Part shown: piece by piece, positions 50,406 through 64,000 of the stretch
How positions within the stretch are numbered: the stretch's first letter is position 1
Layout of the letters: every line of letters begins with the position of its first letter
DNA from: Eledone cirrhosa
Taxonomy: Eukaryota
Assembly: GCA_964016885.1 (NCBI GenBank)
Contig: OZ024744.1
Coordinates: 89,466,001-89,530,000, forward strand
Direction: 5' to 3'
DNA length: 64,000 nucleotides
The notes under the pieces: generated by a model
Databases searched by the model: none
Told to the model about the DNA's origin: nothing
Seen by the model: only the letters and a program-made list of their open reading frames with translations
Made by a program: the position numbers and the translations under genes

Positions 50406-51656
50406 CCTGTTACAAAGTTTTAAATCAATTTAAAAATACATTATATTGCTACTATAACTAATATATTTGTATCAAATCCATGCACTATAACCATATTAAC
50501 TATTTTTCAGAACATTACTCCATTAACAATTTGCAATGTCCATAGAATTGAAAAGAAAGTTCATAATAGCGAAGCATGAAAAAGGCCTGACTCCACTCAA
50601 GATATTTAAACTGGCGAAAATTCTTAAGATCAATAGAATGTTGATCAAAAGGACAATCGATCGATTTAAGGAAACTTCCTCGACCAAAGACAGACCTAGA
50701 TCCGGACACCCTCGCACCTAAAGAACGCCAAAACTCGTTAAAAGTGCGAGGGAAAAAATAAGGCGTAATCCAAGAAGGTCCATAAGAAAAATGGCAGAAG
50801 AAGCAGAAACATCGCCGAGAACTATGCGGAGGATATGTCGAGATGATCTGGGGATGTCACCCTATAAGTTCCAAAAGAGGCAGCTTCTTTCTGCAGCCAC
50901 AAGTGAAAAGAGGCTCTCCAGAAGTAAACTGTTATTGAACCATATCAAGGATGGCACGCTGCTAAACATCATCTTTACAGCTGAGAATTTATTCACTGTG
51001 CAGCAGTCTCAAATCAATTCCTTCAAGTGTAGGAAAAGTGTTCAGAACACAGAAACCAGCATCAGTGATGGTTTGGGCAGCCATTTCTGAAAGAGGGAAG
51101 TCTCCTCTGATTTTTGTGTCTCAAGGAGTTAAAATTAACAAAGAACATTACATAAAGGATATTTTGGAAGGAGCACTGATGCCATGGTGCACATCTGTTT
51201 ATGGCGATGACATTTGGATTCTCCAACAAGATGGAGCGACGAGCCTTACTGCTCGCGTAACACAACAGTGGTGTAGAGACTATTGTCCTGCATGGATCAG
51301 TAAGGAAGAGTGGCCTCTCACATCACCAGATCTCAACCCTCTCGAGTTTTCTTTTTGGTCAATTCTTGAGAGTGAAGCCTGCTCTACTCCTAGCCAAAAT
51401 ATTGAAACTCTAAATTCAAAACTGAATAATGTATGGGAGAAAATAGCCATGGAAACTGTTCGTGCAGCCATCAAAGACTTTCCTAGAAGTCTTCGAGCGA
51501 TAGTGAGAGCTAGAGGAAAGCATTTCGAATAAATTTGTGTGCAGTTGTTTAATAGTATATTACTTACTATTTGTTGGAGTCAGATCTTGAAATAAATGTT
51601 TTTTTCAAGAACTATTTGCATTTTATTTTGTAACAGTGTTTTTGCCCCACCCTGTA
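50406..51656 (+). mobile_element. Decayed Tc1/mariner-superfamily transposon with 37-residue D-to-acid spacing (maT/DD37D-like)
   Basis: Transposase pieces 50536-51532: DRPRSGHPRT, IIFTAE, VMVWAAIS, QQDGA-...-SPDLNPLE. Right TIR ...CTGTTACAAA..GCCCCACCCTG|TA type; left TIR keeps only the inner CTGTTACAAA next to (TA)n. Confidence 0.88.
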
Positions 51657-51694
51657 CATACAAACCTACACACTCACTCACATACATATATGTT

Positions 51695-51726
<32 letters not shown>

Positions 51727-51849
51727 CATATATATATACATATACGCGTGTGTGCATGTGTATATACATATACATACACACACACATATATATATATATA
51801 TATACTTACACACACACACACATATATATATATATACACACACACACAC

Positions 51850-51891
<42 letters not shown>

Positions 51892-52163
51892 ATATATTTA
51901 GCTGTGTAGGCGTTTTCTTTCAGTTCATTCTAAAATGATAGTATTTTCCTTACAGTTCTTAGTAACTGTAGATGTGTCCGCCACACCTGTAAGCAAGGTA
52001 GATGGAAAATAATACTTTGCTTCATAATTGTTGGTGTATATAAGACGAAAGAGATATGCACGATTCCCGTAGTGTTTGGTTACATACACATACGAATAAA
52101 CCTTTCATTCTAACACCTGAGTCAGGATAAAGATATCATGTAGAGACTTGCACATACCAAATG

Positions 52164-52200
52164 AACCTTGATGAAGTGACAATGTCGTGAAATATCTGTT
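52164..52200 (+). ncRNA. Possible decayed hammerhead
   Basis: AACC-TTGATGA-A-GTGAC aat GTCGT-GAA-ATAT-C-TGTT; C3U without compensation and a stem I mismatch. Confidence 0.35.
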
Positions 52201-52527
52201 ACACGGACAAAGGGAATAATTAAATAGAAATTATATAGCCAAAAAGAGGAAGAAAGAAGCAAAGATACAAATAGAATATAAGTAATGGCATCAAGGAGGG
52301 TAGTTCAGGTGAATTAAATAACCATGACTCGGCAGTTCGAGATGAATGTCCAATGTATTCAAATTTAAATTGGTCCACACAGCTGACAAGCTACGAAAAC
52401 GTATCGATATTGCTAAACAAGGAATGAAGGACATCATACGGTGAAAGAGAGTGTCTATCATACAAACTGACTACGCCGTGAGGTTTCGATACTGGATTGA
52501 TGTCATCTCATTTTTTTCTTCCCACTA

Positions 52528-52942
52528 ACAATGGTTTCTTATATAGGCACAAAGCCAACAATTTTAGGGGAGGGGAAAGTCGATTAAATCGAAACCAGTG
52601 CGTGACTGGTACTTTATTTTACCGACCTCGTAAGCATGAAAGGCAATGTTAGCCTCGGCGAGATTTGAACTCAGACCATAAAGGGTCGTAACTCTATGCT
52701 GCAAAGCATGTTGTCCGACGCCCTACCGATACTGTCAATCCGTTACCCTTTTTCCCACTAATAATTGTTTCTACTTTTGGCACAAGGCCAGCAATTAACC
52801 AGTACATTACTGGTACTTTATTTTATCGACCCCGTAAGGATGAAATGCAAAGTTAACCTCGGCGGGATTTGAACTCAGAATGGCAAGGGCCGTAACTCTA
52901 TGTGTCAAAGCATGGCGTCCGACCCTCTACCGATGCTGCCAC
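52528..52942 (-). mobile_element. Two tandem SINE family 1 copies (52528-52745 and 52762-52942)
   Basis: A and B boxes on the minus strand; both preceded by TTCCCACTAA. Confidence 0.85.
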
Positions 52943-53829
52943 TAATAATAGTGTCACAATACCAAAAGTTATAATCGAGTGATTAAGTCGATAATATCGA
53001 CTCTGGTACTCTCAGGTCTTGAATAATCGACCCCCCCCCACACACACACACACCCTTTCGCTTATTAAATTATGCTAATCTATCTCCGGCGAAATATTAT
53101 TGTAAGTGATTTATATTGATACAGTAGCTGGAGAATCTAATAATAATTTTACGTAAAAAGAAACATAAATTACAAACAAAAGAACATTACAAGAAATCCC
53201 ATATTTACGAACGTACGCTATACAATTACCGCTAATAAAGAAGTGGATGATTTCCTCTTGGAGTTCGAGAATGAGCATTTATGGTTCGCAAATCTGGCTT
53301 TAAATGTAGAAGAAGTCGATCCTATTTAGTTGTATGTGTTGTGATCAGATTTTACGGTGCATTTATAAACCAAATTACTATCTAGATAATTATTTTGCAA
53401 AGGGCAGAGGAAATCATCCACGTCTTTATCACAGCTCATATGGTCATTAAAAGAGAGGAATTTAAAATACTCCATTCTTTGGACAAAACTTCGGAATTGT
53501 GGAATTTACCGCAACTCTAGTATATCAAATAACTGCGCGCTCTGTATAATGGGGACTCTGTTGATTATTAATAACTATGAGACCCTAATTAACAAAAAAA
53601 GTGAATTATTCTCTAGTTGCCTTCATAAAACTACGTCTACATTCTTAGCCTCCCACAAAACTAGAAAAAAAGAGAAAGAAACACTAAACCATTAAAAACT
53701 TGGTTTTCGGACATTTATAATCAACAGGGAAAAACATTAATGGCCTTTAATATTGCATTATCTTATAACTGTCCATAGAACGCTCGAATGAATGACACTT
53801 GTTCAATAACACGCTGACACGTTGATATA

Positions 53830-55265
53830 CATAACATAATATTATTAACTTTGATCCATACCATTATTTCTCTATCTGTATTTTCCTATCTAAGTTTTAA
53901 ATTTTAGTTTAAATATCCAACACGTATATTTTTACGGACCTTATTTTTAACTGTGAATCATTCATGTGTTTACATTTTTTATTTGTTTATTTATAATATG
54001 TATGTAATTATCTTTTGTAAGTTTTTTAATATACCTACCGTATTTTTATATCCATGATTCAAATATAGAGCAAATATCCAAACTATAAATTATTACGGAC
54101 CTTATTTTGAACTCTGAATTATCCATGCATTTATTATTATTTTTCTTATATATATATATGTATTTAACTGTAACACGTTGAAATCTATTATATAAGATTA
54201 TAATCGTTATCATTTACCTAAAGTATATTGTATTACTAATACCTAATATGTATCTATATATACCTCCCTGTATCTCTCTATACATAATTTTTACATAACT
54301 TCTAAATTTTTAGATTATTATTTATTTTGAACTGTGAATAATTCATGCATTTACACCCTTTTATATATAGGTATATATTTAACTTTAGCATGCTTCAATC
54401 TATTATTCTATATTCGTTATCATTTACCTAAAATATACTGGCTCATTAATATATCTCTATATACATAATCGTTATTTAAATATTTCTAACAATAAGTACT
54501 TCATAAGCGTTACATACCGAAAATGTTGACATTTTTATAGGTAATCTTCGTTAAAGTTTACATTTATGAAAATATTCAACAGTGTAAATTTTCCTTTCGC
54601 TGGCCAGGTAAATCCTTTAAATTTTAGCCTCATAAAATTCTGAATTTATAAAATTAATAAATATAAATAACCAGCAACTTTTAAAAAACCTAAAATCTTG
54701 ATTCTTCACCCTAAAATAACATAAATTAAATATTTTGAAACTTAATCATTTAGCTTTTGGGAAAAAATCTCTTTCTGCATATATTACTCCCCTTTATCTT
54801 TCCCTCTCTTTAAATCCTCTTTCAGCGGCCCTCATGGACAGTTATATTTCATGAGATGTTTTCCTAGATAACCATAACTTGTAGTATCCTACATTTTAAA
54901 ATCTCTATAGCTGTCACATTAACCAACGTTTTTCTTACTCACACATTCTCTATTGAATTTATTACGTTTTCGCATTTTCTCATTATTAGGGTATAAATGT
55001 TAAATTTTCTCTTAGGTTAATCACTACCTTGATTAAATCTTAACCATTTAACATCTCAGGGTATGTCATGTATCATTATATTTTGTCTGATGAGGACGTA
55101 CTATTGTACCTCCGAAATATGTATAATAAAATTTAATTGATCAAAAGAACATCTATTTTATTAATATTTGTATTTTAATATTAATAACTCTGGAAAATTA
55201 TTTTACTGTTGAGTGCTTCCAATTTACTGTAAAACTCGATGTACTCATTGAATCTTGTTTAACTC

Positions 55266-55270
<5 letters not shown>
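53830..55270 (+). mobile_element. AT-rich PLE 3' region with degenerate subrepeats, ending in a hammerhead (55080-55132) and (TA)n
   Basis: ATTTTGT-CTGATGA-GGA c GTAC tatt GTAC c TCC-GAA-ATATGTAT-A-ATAAAAT; TTATTTT(G)AACT(G)TGAAT recurs near 53940, 54100 and 54320. 5' boundary uncertain. Confidence 0.65.
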
Positions 55271-55320
<50 letters not shown>

Positions 55321-55342
55321 ATCTGAGTTTTTCGAATATTAA

Positions 55343-55438
55343 TAATTGTTTCTACTTTTGGCACAAGGCCAGCAATTACCCAGTGTATTACTGGTACTTT
55401 ATTTTATCGACCCCGTAAGGATGAAAGGCAAAGTTAAT
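55343..55438 (-). mobile_element. SINE family 1, 3' half
   Basis: Near identity to other copies. Confidence 0.8.
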
Positions 55439-56159
55439 AATGGTATTCGATTCGTTTGCAATTATGCAAACAGCCTCTTTTTTTAAAGCTATATATATAT
55501 ATAGCAGTGATTAAGAGAAATCATTTACGTTTTGTATGGCTATATTGTTGGCTTGAGTAAACATAATTTCTATTTTCAGGACGTGCGTATCTATATGTAT
55601 GTATATATACATATATATTTGTATGTCTTTGCATAAAATACTAATCTCTATAGCAAGGGTACATTTTGAACTCAGATTTTGGTATATTGATCTCAAGTTT
55701 CTAAACTAAACATATGGTCATTATTGAACAATGTTTAATTTCTCATATTATATATCTATGTCCCATTCATGAATATTGATACTTATATTTATATTTTTAT
55801 TATTCATTTCATATAAATTGTTAACTCAACTTAATATGACATGACGTAAAGTTGTCACTGTCCCCCCTCTCTCTATATAGTATTTCTCTCTCTTGAGTTG
55901 TTGTTTCTGTATGATGACTTGATATCTCTCTGTTGCTTTCCTTTGTTTTTCTTATTCCTTCCTTTTCTTTCTTTTTTATTTTTTATTTCCTCCTATCTTT
56001 ATTTATCTCTTTCTTTTCTCCATACATTTCTCTCTCTCTCCGATATTTCTCCAGGTTTTCTTTCTCTCTCTCCGTCTTTGTTCTTTTCTCTCTCTCCGTC
56101 TTTTTTCTTTTTCTTTTTCTTTCTCTCCGTCTTTTTCTAATTATGCTTAACACTATGAC

Positions 56160-56455
56160 TTATTATATAAACAAATCACTATCCAGACAGCCTCCAAAAG
56201 TAATGGTTGTATTTTAAAAGGGTACGTCAAAGCTATTTGTAAAACTATTATATATTGTATTTTGTCTGATGAAGGCATACCATAATTTAATGTGGTATCC
56301 CTGAAATATGTATAATGAAATAAATATGGTTTTATAAATATAGTTTCCATTTATTAATATCGTATATCTACTCCAAAAATTTGTCGAGTGCTTTATATCA
56401 GTTATAAAAATATTTACTTGTTGTATCCCAACAACTTTAAATAGAACTTTTGCAT
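56160..56455 (+). mobile_element. PLE pLTR (family H) with hammerhead at 56258-56322
   Basis: TATTTTGT-CTGATGA-AGG c ATACCATA..TGTGGTAT c CCT-GAA-ATATGTAT-A-ATGAAATA. Confidence 0.8.
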
Positions 56456-56471
56456 ATATATATATATATAT

Positions 56472-56678
56472 CAAGTAAGAATATTTTCGAAACAGCGAGT
56501 TGGTTTGAAATTATTAGAAATGTAAGCTATCGCCGTATTTTGACTAAAGAAATTAAAGAAATTATTTAGCCTGATAGTGGGGTTAAGAACCCTCGGAGAA
56601 ATGGAAAACGATGAGTATTGACTATCAGGCTAAATAATTTCTTTAATTTCTTTAGTCAAAATACAGTGATAGCTTACA

Positions 56679-56687
<9 letters not shown>
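56472..56687. repeat. Fold-back 8: arms of about 67 bp (56512-56578 and 56621-56687), 42-bp spacer, (TA)n flanks
   Basis: Inverted match visible; no ribozyme core seen. Confidence 0.8.
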
Positions 56688-56758
<71 letters not shown>

Positions 56759-57054
56759 TATATATTAGGTAAGAAGTGGATTAACACAGATAAACGATGT
56801 AATAGGGTTTATTCTAAGCATTAACATATGTTTCATCTCTAGTGTTAAATCGATTTTTGTCTTGAAACCGCTATTCTAAATAATCAATCCTCAATTGTGA
56901 AAACTCGATTTTAAATACATAAAATAATACTATATGGCTGGTGAATTTTCAAAACAGAATACCAAAAATTTACCGTCACAGCAGTCTTATAAGCACAAAG
57001 AAAGAAAAAGTATATACAAAATTGCACTAAATTCGCAAAAATACACAAAAACAT

Positions 57055-57111
<57 letters not shown>

Positions 57112-57186
57112 TATATATGTATATATATATATATTATATACGTATATATATATATATATTATATATGTATATATATATTATATATG

Positions 57187-58873
57187 TATGCCACGGAACA
57201 CCCGCCAATCGCCTTAGAGTCGAACAAAGAACTATCTTCATCTTACAGATCCACACTACCCCCGGCCTGAACTCCCCACCCTTATTCCTTTAGCCTTCGA
57301 TCGCCCCCTCCCCCCACACTTATCCCCCACTAACACCACTAACACACCCCTCCTTTTCACCGCCCACCCCACAACTAACAATACTAACACCTCCACTCCA
57401 CCCCTCATCCGACAACCCTTCCCCAACTAACATACTAACATCCCTCCCTTCTTCTCCTCCTCCCCCTCCTTATCACACGCACACACCCACCGGCACATAT
57501 ATACACGCGCTCACACTAAACACACACCCTACTACCACCACTATCCCTCACCCCCACACCTCCATCCCACCACCCCGCAACTAACCTCACTAACACCCTC
57601 TGACCCCAAGCACACGAACACACGCACCCACTTACACCACCCACCCCAAACGCAACTAACATCACTAACACCCCCAACTCCACGCACACGTACCCACACA
57701 CCCTCATACACCACCAACTCTACACACCCTACCCCCACTAACCCCCACTCACACCTGCATTCAACCCTTCCCCACCTCCCGTATACTAACACCCACTAAC
57801 ACCCCTTCATCAAACTACACACACACCAGTACACCACACTCCCTCCATAGAACTACACACACCCTTCTCTCCCCGCTCCACCCACACCCTCGCTCCACAC
57901 TCACTCATCCCACTAACACCTCTACTAATATACACACACACCCTCCTCACTCCAACTTTCACACCTACCCACCCTCGCCCCTTTACCATTCCACCGACTG
58001 CTGCTATGCCCTCTGACCACCTCCCAGCACAAACAGACACACAGCACTCCCACCGCTTGACCACTTCCTGTTGCGCGCGCACCCCACATCTCTCCTCTTC
58101 CGACCATCTCTTCATGGAATACTCGTATGTGCAACTTGACCACCACAGAATCCACTAAACATCATAGGAATTTACCAACTTTTCAACCATCCTCTTACGG
58201 AATCACCTATATAACTCACCCACACACACACACAAAAAAATTTTTTTCTCCCACACACACCTACACCCACAACACGCTTAAACCCCACACACACGTGCTT
58301 TCCACCACATATTTACACCCTCAGCCTCCTGATTCCTCTCCCCCCACCCCTCTATCCACACACGCACAGACACTCCGCCCCCCCCCCCCCCACGCACACC
58401 TCTTCCTGAACATGCAATCCCGTTCTTCCCCCAACCCTTACTTTCACATACACACACACGTACACTTACACACACACACCACCTTCAGCCCTCCCCGCTC
58501 GGACACCCCGTCTCCCTCTCCCCACTCCACCCGCCACCACCCCTACACACCCCACACCCTTCCACCACCTGTTTTACCCCTTTTTAATTTCAGATTATTT
58601 TGATCATGCTTTTATATTTAATTTTATTTCATTCCTTGTATTTTGATCATGCTTTATTTTTATTTTTCATTTCATTCGCACCGTTTCCTTTCGCTATATG
58701 TCTCTCCACCACTCCCCAACACACCCTTTGAACTCTGTTCCCACACACTTCTCACCTGAGGAAGGGCTTATGCTCGAAACGTCGTTCCCCACCACCACCC
58801 CACTCTCCAGAGCGTGAAATTAATAAACATTCGTTGTACTGCCTCTCTGTTTTGTTCCTGTTCAAATTTTTCC

Positions 58874-58875
<2 letters not shown>
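57187..58875 (+). mobile_element. PLE 3' remnant: GIY-YIG C-terminal tip, long C/A-rich UTR, hammerhead at 58753-58786
   Basis: RLRVEQRTIFILQIHTTPGLNS resembles the PLE endonuclease C-terminus (E..I..L.T..P.GLN); AC-CTGAGGA-A-GGGC ttat GCTC-GAA-ACGT-C-GT; (TA)n at both ends. Confidence 0.65.
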
Positions 58876-58922
<47 letters not shown>

Positions 58923-58927
<5 letters not shown>

Positions 58928-59180
58928 GAGGTTATATTTAATTTGTTGGGATTCAACAAGCTTAAATATTTTTTATAACTGATATAAAGCACTCAACAGT
59001 TTAGTGGAGTAAATATACAATATATTAATAAATGGAAACATAATTATTTTATTATATATATTTCAAGGGCAACCAAGGTAAATTATGGTGCGCTTTCATC
59101 AGATAAAATACAGATTTGTTTTATAAATAAATATTGACATACCCGGAAAAAAGACAACCTCAACGGTTCAAATTCGCTGG
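58923..59180 (-). mobile_element. PLE pLTR (family H) with hammerhead at 59045-59110
   Basis: TATTTTAT-CTGATGA-AAG..CTT-GAA-ATATATAT-A-ATAAAATA. Confidence 0.82.
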
Positions 59181-61212
<2,032 letters not shown>

Positions 61213-61975
61213 TAAAAATCACGATACAACCTATAAAAATAATAAAAATAATAAACAACATAGAAACCGTAATAGACGGGTTACTTGGTATAATGCTCCT
61301 TTTAATTTACAAGTTAAGGATAATATTGCTAAAAAATTTTTTTATATCCTTGAGAAAAACTTCCCGCCAAACCACAAATACCATCAAATCTTAAATAGGT
61401 CTACAGTTAAATTCTCATACTCTACAACAAATAACATAAAACAAAATATAAGTGCATATAATGCATATAAATGTAAGAAAACCATAAGTATACCACCAGT
61501 ACATCAAATTAACCATAATATCTCCTCAAATACAGAATTAACGAAAGGATGTAACTGTAGAAACAAAGCAAACTGCCCATTAAAAGGGAATTGTCTTGTT
61601 AACAACATAGTCTATAAATGTAATGTTAAAACTAAAGATTCTATTTGCTCATATATAGGAGCTACCTCTAACAATTTTAAGACAAGGTTTAATACCCACA
61701 AGCATAGTTTTAAAAATGCCGCACTGGCTAATACAACATCTCTAGCAGAAAAAATCAATAGTTATAAAAATAAGAATATAAAATATGATTTGACCTGGAG
61801 TGTGCTCAAAAGAGCCACCCCTTATCAAAATAATAGAAATGAATGTAGATTATGTTCCCAAGAACTATTTGAAATAATGAAGTCTAAGGATATCTTATTA
61901 AATAAACGACAGGAATTAATTATATCGTGTAATCATAAATTAAAAAAAACATTTAAATATTATAAACCTAATTAA
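61213..61975 (+). CDS. 5'-truncated PLE ORF: linker, CxC-x5-C motif and GIY-YIG endonuclease, open to the stop
   Basis: [24 protein letters not shown]...[26 protein letters not shown]...C.H; followed by a long AT-rich 3' region. Resembles the Hydra PLE clade as I recall it. Confidence 0.85.
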
Positions 61976-62493
61976 TAACATTATTTTAGAAATTAATTTA
62001 ATTTAATTGTTAGTTAACCTATAAATTTAATTTAATTAATATTTTATTACAGATGAGAATATAAAATATTATGTAATCATAAATTGTGAAAAACCTTTAA
62101 ATATTACTAATATATACTTAGTAATTTAATTTATAGATTAATTTTAACTTATTTAAACCTTTTATTATAATTCTTTTACAGATAAAATATAACAAAATAA
62201 TATCGTGTATCCAATGACAGAGTAATAATTTTTAGTATTATAGACCTAATTAATATACATTTTAGAAATACATTTATTATTTGGTTTTAGTTTTAATCAA
62301 CCTAAAATTTTAATTTTAATTTGCTTAAAATTAGTATCCTTATACAGACGAATTGCAGAATGTCATGTAATCATAGAATGGGATGTGTTTTGGATATATA
62401 CCTAGTTAATATATTCTATGCAATTTTTTGAAAAAGATATGTATATGTATATGTGTATGTGTATGTGTGTGTGTGTATGTATATGTGTATGTA

Positions 62494-62544
<51 letters not shown>

Positions 62545-63269
62545 ATATATATGTATATATATATGTGTATGTTTATGTATATGTATGCGTATTAATTTTG
62601 ATTTCTATTTGCATATAATTATATTATACTATTGATGAAATACAATATCTGCTTTATGTATTGTATACCTAACTAACATATACTATTGAAATAAATATAT
62701 AATTTTTAATTTAGTTAACATATAATTTATATTCTACTACCGATGTAATACTTTATTTTATTTTTATTTGTGCTTTTTTTTCCCTATTACTAAATTCATT
62801 TCCTAATATTGATACCATAACGTTATTAACTTTAATTTAATTATACTGTAATTAATAATCTACTACTGTTTAACTTCAAAATTCTGCTTCAAATATTATA
62901 AACCTAACTAATTTACACCTTAGAAGTCAATATGTTGACTATTTTTGGTTTAGTTAACATATGATTAATGGTATACTTATATATTTTGAGATGCATAGAT
63001 TTTGCCTTAGTTCTTGTTGGTTATGTTTCCTAACACTGAAAATATATAGGAACATACATTGGATAAAGATACGGAAAATATTTTATGTTTCTTGAAACAT
63101 ATATTTACTTTGATCCCCTTCTCCAAACCCCCCCTTTCCCCCATACTATTATCATCTGTATTTGTAAGCGTCTATGTATGAATATATATGTAGGTAGGTG
63201 TCTATATAGGTTTGGGTATTTATATCTAAATATAAAAATACATATATGCGCATGCAAATATGAATGTAA

Positions 63270-63662
63270 GATTGCGTGTGTATATATGAGTGTGTATATG
63301 TATGTATATATGTGTATATATGCATTATATATGTATGTGTATGTGAATGTGTGTACGTATATGTGTATGTATGTGTATATATGTGTATATATGTGTATGT
63401 ATGTATATATAGGAATATATATATGTATATATATATGTATATGTATATGCGTGTGTATGTATGTGTGTGTATGTGTGTTGTATATATATGTATGTCTCTC
63501 TATTTATATGTTTATCTTCGTATCTATGTGATATATGTGTGTGTGTGTGCATGTATGCATATGTATGTGTTTATGTGTATTTGTGTGTGTGTGTGTATAT
63601 ATGTGTATGTACACACACACACATATATATATATGTGAGTGTGTATATGTGTCTGTGTATAT

Positions 63663-63723
<61 letters not shown>

Positions 63724-63825
63724 TGTCTATGTGTGAATATATGTCTATATTCGTATGTGTGTATTTATGTATGTATATGTTTATATGTATGTATGTATGT
63801 GTATGTATGTATGTATATATATATA

Positions 63826-63864
<39 letters not shown>

Positions 63865-64000
63865 CTTCATTATTATAATATAACTTATGTGTATGTGTGT
63901 ATAAGTGAGGTTGTGTATGTGTATATAATATGTATATATATAAGTGTAAAAAAATATATATATATGTGCATGTCTGTTTTTTATGTGTGTGTGTATATAT
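63270..64000. repeat. (TA/TG)n low-complexity tract
   Basis: Directly visible. Confidence 0.95.

Overview
Repeat-dominated animal genomic DNA, most likely a coleoid cephalopod such as octopus (inferred from the SINE types and dense (TA)n/(CA)n/(GA)n/(GATA)n/(TAA)n tracts). No host protein-coding gene can be supported. Contents: (i) a CR1-group LINE with intact ORF2 and a CCCH-finger ORF1 (3.0-7.1 kb); (ii) a head-to-tail train of six Tx1-clade LINE copies on the minus strand, separated by (GATA)n wherever the junction is preserved (11.9-30.4 kb); (iii) a train of three Dong/R4 RLE retrotransposons on the plus strand separated by (TAA)n (32.9-40.0 kb); (iv) many Penelope-like (PLE) remnants beside (TA)n, with about 17 recognisable minimal hammerhead ribozyme motifs, often as fold-back inverted pairs; (v) a 79-bp minisatellite made from CRE-like RLE coding sequence, a decayed Tc1/mariner, Helitron-like elements and tRNA-derived SINEs. 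Most interesting signal: in three diverged Tx1 families the ORF1 stop codon overlaps a consensus 5' splice site (AG|GTAAGT or AG|GTAGGT), and in all four copies with a 3' end the ORF2 stop TAG looks like a 3' splice site. ORF2 therefore appears to be a retained intron. A second 67-71 nt intron-like segment, followed by covarying hairpins, sits in each 5' UTR. All structures were read by eye; boundaries may be off by a few nt and nothing was verified computationally.
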